DNA from: an uncultured Acidobacteriota bacterium
GTDB taxonomy: Bacteria; Acidobacteriota; Thermoanaerobaculia; Multivoradales; JAHEKO01
Assembly (NCBI GenBank): GCA_963713825.1
Contig: CAVQNG010000005.1
Location: 160,001 to 224,000, forward strand
DNA: 64,000 nt
Reading direction: 5' to 3'
Made by a program: the position numbers and the translations under genes. Below, piece by piece: positions 54,123 to 63,998 of the stretch. Each line of letters begins with the position of its first letter. Position 1 is the stretch's first letter. Below the pieces are notes generated by a model, which made no database searches, had not been told where the DNA came from, and worked only from the letters and a program-made list of their open reading frames with translations.

Positions 54123-54533
54123 ATGTCGTCGGATAGCGAGCTGATTTTCTTCGATGGCGGGTGTGGTCTGTGCCATGCCGCTGTGCGCTTCATTCTCGAG
54201 CACGATCGGCAGGGGCGGTTTCGGTTCGCTCCCCTTCAGGGCGAGACATTCCTGGCGCGGGTTCCCGAGGTCGTTCGCAGTCGCCTGCCCGACACCCTGG
54301 TGGTCTCGACCGGCGATGGGCGCTACCTCTTGCGCTCGGATGGCGTTGTCTATGTTCTCGAGAGTCTCGGTGGATCCTGGAGGGTCCTGGGTCAGACCAT
54401 GGCGTGGCTGCCGCGCCGCCTGAGGGATTTTCTCTACGATGTCATCGCTGCCTGGCGAGCCCGCCTGTTTTCGAGCCCCAGCCAGGACTGCCCCGTCGCA
54501 GAGCCCGAGCTGCGCCGACGATTCGACCCCTGA
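54123..54533 (+). CDS. DCC1-like thiol-disulfide oxidoreductase (YuxK family)
   Basis: IFFDGGCGLC, FAPLQG, RDFLYDVIA..R; this is the real part of the long 52962-54533 ORF. Confidence 0.9.
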   Translation: MSSDSELIFFDGGCGLCHAAVRFILEHDRQGRFRFAPLQGETFLARVPEVVRSRLPDTLVVSTGDGRYLLRSDGVVYVLESLGGSWRVLGQTMAWLPRRLRDFLYDVIAAWRARLFSSPSQDCPVAEPELRRRFDP

Positions 54534-54563
54534 TCCCCACGGGGACATGGTAGTTTCTGCGTC

Positions 54564-55211
54564 ATGACGGCGCTGTTCATCACTTTCGAGGGACTCGATG
54601 GCAGTGGCAAGTCGAGCCACCTTCAAGAGGCATACCGCTGGCTGGCGGATCACGACATCGAGTGCCAGGTCGCACAGGAGCCGGGCGGCACGCCGTTGGG
54701 AGAGGCGATCCGAGAGACGTTTCTCGATCCCAGGTGGGGCGAGATCGACGGCACAGTGGAGGCTCTGATGGTCTTTGCGAGTCGTCGCCAGCACCTGCTG
54801 GAGGTGATCGAGCCGACTCTGGCCGCCGGCCGACACGTCATTTGCGACCGCTTCACAGACTCGACGTTCGCCTATCAGGGCTACGGTCGTGGAGTACCGA
54901 TGTCGATCCTGCGAGACGTGGACCGGTTGGCGACCGGCGGCCGGGTTCCTGACCGAACGTTGTTGTTCGACCTCCCTGCCGAAGTGGCTCGAGAGCGGGG
55001 GCACTCCGAAGCTCGCCGCGAGAGCGAAGAAGGGGTCACTCGGCTCGATGCCGAGGCGCTCGAGTTTTATGGCAAGGTGCGACAGGGATATCTCGAGCTG
55101 GCTAGTGAGCATTCCGATCGGTTCATCGTGATCCGCTCGGAGGGCACTTTCGAGAGCACTCAGCAGCAGGTGAGGCAGGCGCTCGGAGGAATCTTCGGCT
55201 TCGAACCATGA
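54564..55211 (+). CDS. tmk: Thymidylate kinase
   Basis: FITFEGLDGSGKS, EPGGT, CDRFTDSTFAYQGYGRG. Confidence 0.96.
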   Translation: MTALFITFEGLDGSGKSSHLQEAYRWLADHDIECQVAQEPGGTPLGEAIRETFLDPRWGEIDGTVEALMVFASRRQHLLEVIEPTLAAGRHVICDRFTDSTFAYQGYGRGVPMSILRDVDRLATGGRVPDRTLLFDLPAEVARERGHSEARRESEEGVTRLDAEALEFYGKVRQGYLELASEHSDRFIVIRSEGTFESTQQQVRQALGGIFGFEP

Positions 55212-56092
55212 ATCTCGCGGCGACCGAACAGCTGGCCCGACTGGGCAATCTCTACCCGGCGGTCATTCTTCACGGCAAAGCGGCACAGGACAGGCAGGCA
55301 GCCGCCCTTCTCTTGGCGCGGACCCTGTTGTGCGAGGCGGAGCAATCAGACCGCCCATGCGGGGACTGCAAGCACTGTTCGAGGGTTGTCTGGCCAGGCG
55401 AAAAGAGCAGTGCATTCCATCCGGACTTTCGTGTTCTGGAGAGGGATCTGAAGACTTCGACCTCGGTCGCCGCGACCAAAGCCTTCCTCCAGGATGCCCA
55501 GTTGGCGCCGTTCGAGGCCCGCGGCCAGGTCTTCGTGATTGCCAGTGCGGAGAGCTTGACGGGTGAGGCTGCGAACGCCCTTCTCAAGACCCTCGAAGAG
55601 CCCCACACCTCGGCGCCGAGGCACTTTCTGCTCCTCAGCCCTTCGCAATTCGACCTTCTGGCCACGGTCAGAAGCCGCTCGCTAGCGGTCTTTCTAGGAG
55701 CCTCTGAGACCGTCTTCACCGAGGAGATGGAAGGTCTGGCTGAGGAGTTTGCGGCCTGTGTGAGGAACTTCATGAGCTCGGGGAGCACCCTGCATCTGCT
55801 AGCTGGTGCCGAGGTTCTGAGTCGGGTCAGCTCCTGGAAGGATCCGAGAGACGCCGCAGGTTGGTCGCAGGTGGCTGCGATCGTTCGCCGCAGCTGCGAC
55901 CTGGTCGATCGCCGAGGTCGGCGAGGCTTGTTGACCCTGGCCGAGGAGCTACTCGGCGGATGGCAGTCACGCGTGCGGGGGATACAGGCCCACAGAATCC
56001 TCGAAGGGACCGTGGAGAAGGCACTGGCGCCCCTGGCACCCAAAGTCGAGCGGCGCGCTCCGCGGCTTGTTCCATCCGGCGATGGTGGATAA
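55208..56092 (+). CDS. holB: DNA polymerase III delta-prime subunit-like protein
   Basis: PCGDCKHC zinc site, HPDF, AANALLKTLEEP, TVRSR; follows tmk. Confidence 0.85.
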   Translation: MNLAATEQLARLGNLYPAVILHGKAAQDRQAAALLLARTLLCEAEQSDRPCGDCKHCSRVVWPGEKSSAFHPDFRVLERDLKTSTSVAATKAFLQDAQLAPFEARGQVFVIASAESLTGEAANALLKTLEEPHTSAPRHFLLLSPSQFDLLATVRSRSLAVFLGASETVFTEEMEGLAEEFAACVRNFMSSGSTLHLLAGAEVLSRVSSWKDPRDAAGWSQVAAIVRRSCDLVDRRGRRGLLTLAEELLGGWQSRVRGIQAHRILEGTVEKALAPLAPKVERRAPRLVPSGDGG

Positions 56093-56167
56093 GATGTCAG
56101 CTCTCGTGCGCAGCCGATAACCCGCCTGCATTCCTATACTTACAGTCAATCCGAGGAGTCCATCGGC

Positions 56168-57238
56168 ATGTATCTACTTCGAATTCACCTGAGGGGCTCG
56201 GCAGTGGCCCTCCTGCTTGTAGTCGCTTTCCTGTCGCAGGCCTGCACGGTCTCCGATTCGGCCGTCTATGCTGCCAAGGACGATCAGGCCGAGCCAAGTG
56301 TCATGGCGGTGGTGGGGGGGAGCGCAATCACCGAAGACGAGGTGGCCGGGTCGGTGGCGGGGGAGCTGCTTCGGGTCAACAGGGAGCGCTACGAGATTCT
56401 CGAAAAGGGCCTCGACAATCTGATCACGACGCGTTTGCTGGAGCTGGAAGCGGAGGCCAGAGAGATGTCTGTCGACGAGCTCATGGCCGAGGCCGTCGAG
56501 TCGAAGGTCGAAGCGCCATCACAGGAAGCAATCGATGCCTTCTACGAGGCCCGCAAAGGACAGATCAGACAGCCCAAGGAAGCCGTGGAAGAGCGCATCG
56601 GACAGTTCTTGACCCAACAGCAGCAGCAGACGGCCCTGGCCGAGTTCATTTCCGAGCTGAAGGACAAGTATGGGTTTGAAAGCTACTTGGAACCTCTAAG
56701 GGTACCGGTGGAGTCCGCCGGGTATCCTGGCCGCGGGCCCGAGGGTGCGGCGGTGACCATCGTCGAGTTCTCGGATTTCGAGTGCCCCTATTGCTCACGG
56801 GTCGTGCCGACCATCGAGCAGATCCTCGAGAACTATGGTGACCAGGTGCGGGTTGTCTTTCGTCAGTTCCCGTTGAACAACATCCATCCCAATGCCCAGA
56901 AAGCGGCCGAGGCTTCACTCTGTGCCAACGACCAGGGCAAGTTCTGGGAGATGCACGATCTCATGTTCAAGGAGCAGAGGAGTCTGGAGCTCGAACAGCT
57001 AAAGGAAAAGGCCGCTCGGCTCGAGCTCGACGTCGAGGCCTTCAACGAGTGCCTTGACTCCTCTCAGCACGCCGAAGCCGTGATGAGTGACCAGGAGGCG
57101 GCAAGTCAGATTGGCGTCACCGGCACTCCGGCTCTGTTCATCAACGGCCGATTCCTGTCGGGCGCGCAACCCTACGAGCAGCTCGCCAGCATTATCGACG
57201 AAGAGCTGGGGAAGCGAGAGCCCAAGACCGATTCCTGA
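56168..57238 (+). CDS. DsbA-like thioredoxin-domain protein with SurA-like N-terminal region
   Basis: EFSDFECPYC, FRQFPL, GVTGTPALFING. Confidence 0.9.
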   Translation: MYLLRIHLRGSAVALLLVVAFLSQACTVSDSAVYAAKDDQAEPSVMAVVGGSAITEDEVAGSVAGELLRVNRERYEILEKGLDNLITTRLLELEAEAREMSVDELMAEAVESKVEAPSQEAIDAFYEARKGQIRQPKEAVEERIGQFLTQQQQQTALAEFISELKDKYGFESYLEPLRVPVESAGYPGRGPEGAAVTIVEFSDFECPYCSRVVPTIEQILENYGDQVRVVFRQFPLNNIHPNAQKAAEASLCANDQGKFWEMHDLMFKEQRSLELEQLKEKAARLELDVEAFNECLDSSQHAEAVMSDQEAASQIGVTGTPALFINGRFLSGAQPYEQLASIIDEELGKREPKTDS

Positions 57239-58684
57239 ATGTCGCAAGACGTCAGTGACCCCGAGCTGAGGGCAGCCCTCCACAGGGTTGCCGACATGGT
57301 TTCCGACTATTTGCAGGATGTCGGCCAGTACCCGGTGCTGCCGAGGGTCCAACCCGGAGAGGTGGCTTCGATGCTGCCGAGCTCGCCGCCGAGCGAAGGG
57401 GAGTCCCTGGACGCCATTCTCGACGATTACGCTCGAGTGATCGAGCCCAATGTCACCCACTGGAATCATCCGGGTTTTCTCGGCTACTTCTCGATCACGG
57501 GTTCGGGCCCCGGCATTCTGGGCGAAGTGCTGTCAGCCGCTCTGAATGTCAATGCCATGCTGTGGCGCACGTCTCCAGCCGCCACCGAGCTGGAGGAACG
57601 CGTCTGCGATTGGCTGCGGCAGATGCTGGGACTGCCGGACGACTTCAGAGGCCATATCAACGACACGGCCTCGATCAGCACCATGCTGGCCCTGGCGGCA
57701 GCGCGCCACGCGCAAACGGATCTGCAGGTCAGGGACCTGGGACTGGCGGGCAGGCCCGAAGTTCCTGAATTGGTCGTCTACACCAGCGATCAGGCCCATT
57801 CCTCTTGTGACAAAGCCGCCATGACCCTGGGCCTCGGCCTGGAGCACGTTCGCAGGATCGAGTCCGATGGGCAGTTCCGGATGCGCTTCGACTCCCTGGT
57901 CGAGGCAATCGATGCCGATCGGCGTGCGGGTCGCCGTCCCATGGCTGTAGTGGCGACGGCGGGGACGACTTCGACAACGAGCGTCGATCCCATCGATCGC
58001 ATTGCGGAGCTCTGTCGTCGAGAAGGGATCTGGCTGCATGTCGATGCCGCCTATGCCGGCAGCGCGGCGATTTGCCCCGAGCTCCGGGAGCAATTTTCTG
58101 GCTGGGAAAGAGCCGACTCGATCGTCTTCAACCCGCACAAGTGGCTGTTTACACCGATCGATTGTTCAGTGCTGCTGATGCGCGACGTGGATACCCTGCG
58201 GGAAGCCTTTTCCCTGGTGCCCGACTACTTGAAGACCGACGAGGAAGGTGTCACCAATCTGATGGATCTCGGGGTTCAGCTGGGTCGCCGGTTTCGGTCC
58301 CTGAAGCTCTGGATGGTCATTCGGACCTTTGGAGTCGAGGGCCTGCAGGTGCGGATCCGTGAGCACTGCAGGATGGCCAGGGATCTGGCTTCGATGATCG
58401 AGAGCGACCCCGACTTTGTGGTTGCGGCCCCTGTACCGTTCAGTGTTGTCTGCTTTCGGTGGCTGGTAGGGGACTCGCCCGAGCAGCAGGATCGGCTCAA
58501 TAAAGCGCTTGTCGACGAAGTCAATGCGCAAGGCCCGGTGTTTGTCACCTCCGCGGTGCTGAAAGATCGATACACGCTTCACCTGGCCATCGGCAACCTC
58601 AAGACGACCGACGAGCACATCCAGAACGCCTGGCACATCATCCGCACCTCAGCCGATAGCGTTTCAGCAGCTCAGCGGCGCTGA
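57239..58684 (+). CDS. Group II PLP decarboxylase (aromatic L-amino acid decarboxylase-like)
   Basis: THWNHPGFLGYF, SPAATELE, HVDAAYAG, NPHKWL, LGRRFRSLKLW. Confidence 0.92.
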   Translation: MSQDVSDPELRAALHRVADMVSDYLQDVGQYPVLPRVQPGEVASMLPSSPPSEGESLDAILDDYARVIEPNVTHWNHPGFLGYFSITGSGPGILGEVLSAALNVNAMLWRTSPAATELEERVCDWLRQMLGLPDDFRGHINDTASISTMLALAAARHAQTDLQVRDLGLAGRPEVPELVVYTSDQAHSSCDKAAMTLGLGLEHVRRIESDGQFRMRFDSLVEAIDADRRAGRRPMAVVATAGTTSTTSVDPIDRIAELCRREGIWLHVDAAYAGSAAICPELREQFSGWERADSIVFNPHKWLFTPIDCSVLLMRDVDTLREAFSLVPDYLKTDEEGVTNLMDLGVQLGRRFRSLKLWMVIRTFGVEGLQVRIREHCRMARDLASMIESDPDFVVAAPVPFSVVCFRWLVGDSPEQQDRLNKALVDEVNAQGPVFVTSAVLKDRYTLHLAIGNLKTTDEHIQNAWHIIRTSADSVSAAQRR

Positions 58685-58695
58685 CCAGATTCAGG

Positions 58696-59116
58696 GGGTT
58701 GAGGCGTCCGGTCGTACCTCCCGGCCGATCTTTGCAGGCTTGGGTCCTGGGTTCTGAACTGATATCCGACTACTTGTTGAGGTCCGTCCGAGTGGTCCGC
58801 CGGGGGACGGCGTCGGCTACTCATGCTGCGACGGGGGGCCGCCACCTCGTCTCGTCATCGCGCCCTTATCTCCTGTGGCCTATGAAGAATCGTTGCGGCC
58901 GCGCTCGACTCGGCGCCCCCTGTCGAACCGGCCCGAACGAACTTCATAGGCACCGATAAGGGGCATAAGGGCTAGGGGCGGCTAGGGGTTGTAGGGGAAT
59001 GGCGAGGGGGCCTAAGCGGACTCAAAGGCGGGCCGGAGGGAGCGACGGGTATCAGTTCAGAACCCAACCCAAGCCTGCAAAGACCGGCCGGGAGGTACGA
59101 CCGGACGCCTCAACCC
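58696..59116. mobile_element. MITE/REPIN-like element (421 bp) with roughly 72-bp terminal inverted repeats (locus E)
   Basis: 58696-58768 versus the reverse complement of 59046-59116 differ by two substitutions and a 2-nt indel; the internal core is homologous to 15219-15381; no credible ORF. Confidence 0.85.
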
Positions 59117-59307
59117 TAGTAGTAGTCGGAGCAGGAAAGGTAGTAGCCGCACTGCGGATGTGGGCAGTAGAGCTTGCACTTGCGCTGCGCGAGCGTGCTG
59201 CCGCAGTTGGGACAGGTCATCATCGTCTCTGCGCTCGAGGAACTGGCTTGGCGCCGGTCAGGTGGCTGACGCGGTTGGCTCGTCTCTACTCGTCTGGGAT
59301 AGCGCAC
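59116..59307 (-). CDS. Small Cys-rich zinc-finger protein (HVO_2523-like); start may be ATG at 59223
   Basis: [32 protein letters not shown]. Confidence 0.75.
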   Translation of the reverse strand: MRYPRRVETSQPRQPPDRRQASSSSAETMMTCPNCGSTLAQRKCKLYCPHPQCGYYLSCSDYY

Positions 59308-59434
59308 GTGGCTCGAGGTTAGGGTCGCAGGCTCATCGAGTCAAGCCGGTGGGCCCATCACCTCTGGGTGATACTCTGCATCGAGGTTATTGGCGGCAGA
59401 TGCTCGATCGGTCGAGTGGCATGGAGGATCAGCG

Positions 59435-60481
59435 GTGAAAGCACTCGTTCTTGCTGGAGGCAGCGGCACTCGTTTCTGGCCGGTGAGTCGACGACAGAGG
59501 CCGAAACAGCTACTGTCTCTGGAAGGTGGCCCCAGTCTTCTGCAGGCAACGGTCGACCGACTGCAACCGTTGGTGGATCCGTCGCAGGTCTGGGTCTGCA
59601 CGACGGAGAAGCTCAGCGCTCAGGTTCGTCAGCAGTTGCCTTTGGTGCCTGAGGAACAGGTCCTGGCGGAGCCCGCTGGGCGCAACACGGCGCCGGCCAT
59701 TGGTTGGTCTCTGCACAGCATGCCGGCCGACGAGCGGGACGACGTGGTGCTGATCCTGCCGGCGGACCATCGAATCGAGGACCGTGAGGCCTTTCTGGAA
59801 ACTCTTGAATCGGCGGAGAGAATCGCCCGCGAAGACGACCGGGTGATGACACTGGGTGTCCAACCAACAAGACCGGACACCGGCTATGGATACCTCGAGC
59901 TCGGGCCCCTGATCGAGCCGGAAACGGGTTTGCGCCAGGTTGTGCAGTACAAGGAGAAGCCGGACCAGGCCACCGCCGACCGATTCGTCGAGAGTGGTGA
60001 CTATCTTTGGAATGCGGGCATTTTTCTTTTCCGCGCCGGACGCCTGCTCGAGCTGCTCCAGGTCCATCAGCCCGACCTCGCCCAGGGCCTCGGCGAGATC
60101 GAACAACGACCGGATCGAATCGTCGAGCTCTATCCTCGGCTGCCATCGATATCGATCGACTTCGGTGTCATGGAGCACCTCGACGAAGTCTTCACTCTGC
60201 CACTCGACTGTGGTTGGAGTGATTTGGGCTCCTGGGAGGCCTTGGCGGAGATTCTGCCGCGGGACGAGAACGGCAATGTCACCAAGGGAGATGTCGTCTC
60301 GATCGATTGTCATGGCAGCGTTCTTTTTGCCGATGCAGGCACGGTCGCCGCCCTGGGAGTCGACGGCCTGGTGATCGTCAAGACGGGCGATGCGGTGCTG
60401 GTCGTTCCCAAAGACCGTACCCAGGAGATACGGAAGATCGTTGCCGCCCTCGAAGATCGAGGGCTGACGCGGCTTCTCTAA
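59435..60481 (+). CDS. manC: Mannose-1-phosphate guanylyltransferase
   Basis: LAGGSGTRFWPVSR...PKQLL, EPAGRNTAPAI, PADH, EKP, WNAGIF, WSDLGSW; GGAGG RBS before GTG. Confidence 0.94.
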   Translation: MKALVLAGGSGTRFWPVSRRQRPKQLLSLEGGPSLLQATVDRLQPLVDPSQVWVCTTEKLSAQVRQQLPLVPEEQVLAEPAGRNTAPAIGWSLHSMPADERDDVVLILPADHRIEDREAFLETLESAERIAREDDRVMTLGVQPTRPDTGYGYLELGPLIEPETGLRQVVQYKEKPDQATADRFVESGDYLWNAGIFLFRAGRLLELLQVHQPDLAQGLGEIEQRPDRIVELYPRLPSISIDFGVMEHLDEVFTLPLDCGWSDLGSWEALAEILPRDENGNVTKGDVVSIDCHGSVLFADAGTVAALGVDGLVIVKTGDAVLVVPKDRTQEIRKIVAALEDRGLTRLL

Positions 60482-60485
60482 TCGG

Positions 60486-61175
60486 ATGATTCCCATTGCC
60501 GCCTGTGCGGGCGATATCGAGTACACCCTGCGGCAATTGGCCGCTCCCCTGGACCTGCAGGGCCTGGTGCCTGGTGCCAAAGCCTGGGAAGTGGAATTAG
60601 GCTTTGGCAAGGGGCGCTATCTTCTTCGCCGCGCCGAGGCAGAGCCGGATCGTGGCTTCGTGGGCGTTGAGATGGCTGGCAGCTACTACCATCTGGCGCA
60701 GCGCAGGATGACTCGACGCCGGTTGACCAATACGGTCCTCATGCACGGTGAGGCCTTGTACCTCCTGGCAGCGGTCCTGCCCCGGGGATTCGCCTCGGCG
60801 GTGCATGTCTATTTCCCCGACCCGTGGCCGAAGGCGCGTCACCAGAAGCGACGCCTCTTCGACGCCGAAACCATCGACCTGGTACTGGATCTGCTAACGG
60901 CAGATGGGCGGCTGTACTTCGCAACCGATTTCCTCGAGTACGGTGATGCCGTCAAGGAAATTCTGGACTCGTACCCCCCGATCGAGGTGACCGAAGTCTC
61001 AGGGTTGTGGACCGATGGGGCTCGCACCAACTACGAGTCGAAGTATTTGCGGGAAGGGCGGCCCATTCTGCGGCTGGAGGTGCGGCGCGATGCGCCAACC
61101 GGCGCGCCATTGCATCCTCGCGGCGAAGCCTCGGTGCTGGCTGCGGTCGGTGCTCGGAAGGAGGTGGAGAAATGA
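60486..61175 (+). CDS. trmB: tRNA (guanine-N7)-methyltransferase
   Basis: ELGFGKG, FPDPWPKARHQKRRL, ATD, TNYESK. Confidence 0.9.
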   Translation: MIPIAACAGDIEYTLRQLAAPLDLQGLVPGAKAWEVELGFGKGRYLLRRAEAEPDRGFVGVEMAGSYYHLAQRRMTRRRLTNTVLMHGEALYLLAAVLPRGFASAVHVYFPDPWPKARHQKRRLFDAETIDLVLDLLTADGRLYFATDFLEYGDAVKEILDSYPPIEVTEVSGLWTDGARTNYESKYLREGRPILRLEVRRDAPTGAPLHPRGEASVLAAVGARKEVEK

Positions 61176-62089
61176 AGGTCCTGATCCCCGGAGGGTCCGG
61201 CCTGGTGGGACGGGCTCTCGTACCTGAGCTGACATCCAGGGGACACAGCTGTGTGATCTTGACTCGGAGTCCCGAGGTGGTGTCGGGATTTCCGGCTGGA
61301 ACCGAGTTGGTAGCTTGGTCGGGCACTTCTGCCGAGGGCCTTCAGCCGACGTTGGAAGGCGTCGATGCGGTGGTGCACTTGGCAGGTGAGAGCATTGGGG
61401 CCGGGCGGTGGACGGAGGCGCGTAAGAAGTCGATCCTCGACAGTCGAACCCAGTCGACCCGTGCTTTGACTGCAGCCCTGCTTGCTATCGGTAACAGCAA
61501 GATCGCTTTGGTACAGGCTTCGGCGGTTGGTTTCTATGGACCCCGGGCGGGCGAAGAGATCTCGGAGGATGCCGCGGCCGGCAGTGACTTCCTGGCGCGG
61601 GTCTGCCGCGAATGGGAAGCAGCCAGTGCGCCCGTCGAAGAGGCGGGCTTGAGGCGGGTGGTGATTCGGAGCGGTGTCGTTCTCAGCCGAAACGGCGGGG
61701 CACTGCCGAAAATGCTGATGCCGTTTCGCTTCTTCGCGGGCGGTCCGCTAGGCGATGGTCGGCAGGTCGTTCCCTGGATCCATATCGCCGATGAAGCCGC
61801 CGCAATCTGCTTTCTGCTCGAGGACCAACAAGTCCGAGGGCCGTTCAATCTCGTCGCACCCGGCGCGGTGACGAATCGACAGCTTGGCGAGACGATCGGC
61901 AAGGTCCTGGGCAAGCCCAGCCGGGTTCCGACTCCGGCCTTTGCCATGCGGATGCTGCTCGGCGAGATGTCGACCCTCGTGCTGGACGGGCAGCGGGCAA
62001 TCCCGCAGCGCTTGCTGGCGGCGGGCTTCGAGTTCCGATTTCCCGACCTGGAATCAGCGCTGCGCGACCTGCTGGGTTCCTCCTCGTAG
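61172..62089 (+). CDS. TIGR01777/YfcH-family NAD-dependent epimerase
   Basis: GGSGLVG, HLAGESI, ASAVGFYG, GGPLGDGRQ..PWIH. Confidence 0.92.
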   Translation: MKVLIPGGSGLVGRALVPELTSRGHSCVILTRSPEVVSGFPAGTELVAWSGTSAEGLQPTLEGVDAVVHLAGESIGAGRWTEARKKSILDSRTQSTRALTAALLAIGNSKIALVQASAVGFYGPRAGEEISEDAAAGSDFLARVCREWEAASAPVEEAGLRRVVIRSGVVLSRNGGALPKMLMPFRFFAGGPLGDGRQVVPWIHIADEAAAICFLLEDQQVRGPFNLVAPGAVTNRQLGETIGKVLGKPSRVPTPAFAMRMLLGEMSTLVLDGQRAIPQRLLAAGFEFRFPDLESALRDLLGSSS

Positions 62090-62183
62090 CCTCGCTGCCA
62101 GCCGATTGAGTGCCGTCTGCAATATCGCTGGCGATGGAATACCCAGATCGTCGGCCACACCCATAGCTCCCGAGATGGGGCGC

Positions 62184-63392
62184 TCAAACGGTCCAGTGCG
62201 CCTGCAGACTCGCCGTGATTTCGGAGACCAGTTGCGGTGGTGTGTAGATCCGGTATCGGTCGATGCGGCCGAGATGGCGGACGAAGTGACTGGCCTCTTC
62301 CATGGGCTCCAACTGTCCATCGAATCGCTGTACCAGAACCCGGCTCTCGCCCAGGCGATGAGGGTCCTTTGCAGCGTGGGACACCAGGATATGAGCCCGG
62401 CCGAACTCGGTGCGGAGCATGGGAACCATCTCTTCGAAACGGAGCTTCTCTTCGGGTGACAAATGCTCCCGAGTCTCGAAGACCATGGGAAAGTAGCGGC
62501 GCTCGACCACGGCCAGGGCATGCTCACTCTGCGACCGGCGCATGGCTGTCAGTGTCGAGATGTCGTCGAGCTCGAGAAAGGCCTCGGGGTCGGCCGGCCA
62601 GTGCTGATCGATTTCCTGGAGCCACTCGTTGAAGTGCAGCTCCAGGGCCTTGCCAACCCGATTGAAGTAGACCTGGGTGAACATGTAGTACCGGGCCATG
62701 ACCAGAGCCTCGAGCGCGTGCACACCTCCTTCCGCCACTCCCAGTCCCCACTCGCCGGTTTCGGGATCTTCGAGCGGCAGCATGGTGTCCAGGAGCCGGG
62801 CCAGATCGAAGTTTCCGTAGCGCACGCCGCAGAAGAGGCTGTCCCTCAGCAGGTAGTCCATTTTGTCGACATCCAACTCGCTGGAGACGATCTGGGCCAG
62901 CAAGCGCTCCTTCGGTGTCTCCGGGTTCTTCAAGAGGCGGGCTACCTGAGTTGGTTCCACGCCTTCGCCCCATCGTTGGAAGATGGCCTCGAGCTCTGCA
63001 GTGCCCAGGAGCCTCTGGGTCATCGCCTCGTGGTCGAGGTCATCTTCGAAGAGGCCTTCGGCCGAGTGGCTGAACGGCGCATGCCCGATGTCGTGAAGCA
63101 GGGCGGCGATCCGGACCAACCGCCGGTCGCGACTCTCCGCCCGAGTGTCGAGCAGGTCGGGACTGCGGGTGGCAATGGCGTCGTAGACCCGTCCCGCGAG
63201 CTCCATCGCCCCCAGCACGTGACTGAACCTGGTGTGCTCGGCACCGGGGAAGACCAGTGAGGTGAAACCCAGCTGGCGAATCGATCTAAGGCGTTGAACG
63301 GGCCGGCTGTCGATCAGGGCTCGCTCGAGGGAGTCGGCATGGATGAAGCCGTGAATCGGGTCGCGGAACGAAGCTGTCGATCGAATAGCCAA
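62184..63392 (-). CDS. HD-superfamily phosphohydrolase (SAMHD1/dNTPase-like)
   Basis: RDPIHG, QRLRSIRQLG, HTRFSHVLG, LLHDIGHAPFSH, DVDKMDYLLRD. Confidence 0.92.
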   Translation of the reverse strand: MAIRSTASFRDPIHGFIHADSLERALIDSRPVQRLRSIRQLGFTSLVFPGAEHTRFSHVLGAMELAGRVYDAIATRSPDLLDTRAESRDRRLVRIAALLHDIGHAPFSHSAEGLFEDDLDHEAMTQRLLGTAELEAIFQRWGEGVEPTQVARLLKNPETPKERLLAQIVSSELDVDKMDYLLRDSLFCGVRYGNFDLARLLDTMLPLEDPETGEWGLGVAEGGVHALEALVMARYYMFTQVYFNRVGKALELHFNEWLQEIDQHWPADPEAFLELDDISTLTAMRRSQSEHALAVVERRYFPMVFETREHLSPEEKLRFEEMVPMLRTEFGRAHILVSHAAKDPHRLGESRVLVQRFDGQLEPMEEASHFVRHLGRIDRYRIYTPPQLVSEITASLQAHWTV

Positions 63393-63458
63393 AGGTCGTC
63401 CCCCTACCGCTTTACTGCGGCGCCTTGTTCGGTATCTGGAACTCGGACCGTGCCCTTC

Positions 63459-63998
63459 TCACCCTGCAGGAGCCACGCTCTGATCGACACCAGTCTCACC
63501 TTCGGAGCGGGCGATGATTGCGGCGCCACAGGAATCGCTGAAGACGTTGACCACCGTGCGGTACATGTCCAGCGGCCGATCGACGGCCAGCATCGCTCCG
63601 ACCAGAACCTCGACTTCCGGTCCGCGAAGATTCACCGCCTCGAGCACGATGAAGATGATGACCAGGCCCGCCGAGGGAACCGCAGCCGCACCAATCGAGG
63701 CGAGCAGCGCGGTGATCACCACGACGGCCTGCTGCCCGAGGGACAGATCGACTCCCAGGGCCTGAGCGATGAAGAGGACTCCGGCACACTCGTAGAGCGC
63801 GGTGCCGTCCATATTGACGGTTGCTCCCATGGGCAGGACGAACGAAGAGATGCGGTTCGACACGCCGACCTTGTTCTCGACCGCGTTGAGCGTCACGGGC
63901 AGGGTGGCTCCCGAGGAGCTGGTCGAGAAAGCCATCGCCATGGGCTCTGCCATGTTTCGGAAGTGAATCCGCGGCCGGATTCGCCCCAGCACGATCAG
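63459..63998 (-). CDS. Dicarboxylate/amino acid:cation symporter (GltP family); 5' end lies beyond the window
   Basis: AFSTSSSGATLP, GATVNMDGTALYE, DRPLDMYRTVVNV. Confidence 0.93.
   Translation of the reverse strand: MIVLGRIRPRIHFRNMAEPMAMAFSTSSSGATLPVTLNAVENKVGVSNRISSFVLPMGATVNMDGTALYECAGVLFIAQALGVDLSLGQQAVVVITALLASIGAAAVPSAGLVIIFIVLEAVNLRGPEVEVLVGAMLAVDRPLDMYRTVVNVFSDSCGAAIIARSEGETGVDQSVAPAG

Noticed and set aside
58699-58959. Similar short ORFs at 58699-58959 and 15207-15491 as a peptide family
   Set aside because: The similarity reflects the shared nucleotide repeat; starts and RBS are not conserved and conservation follows base-paired blocks
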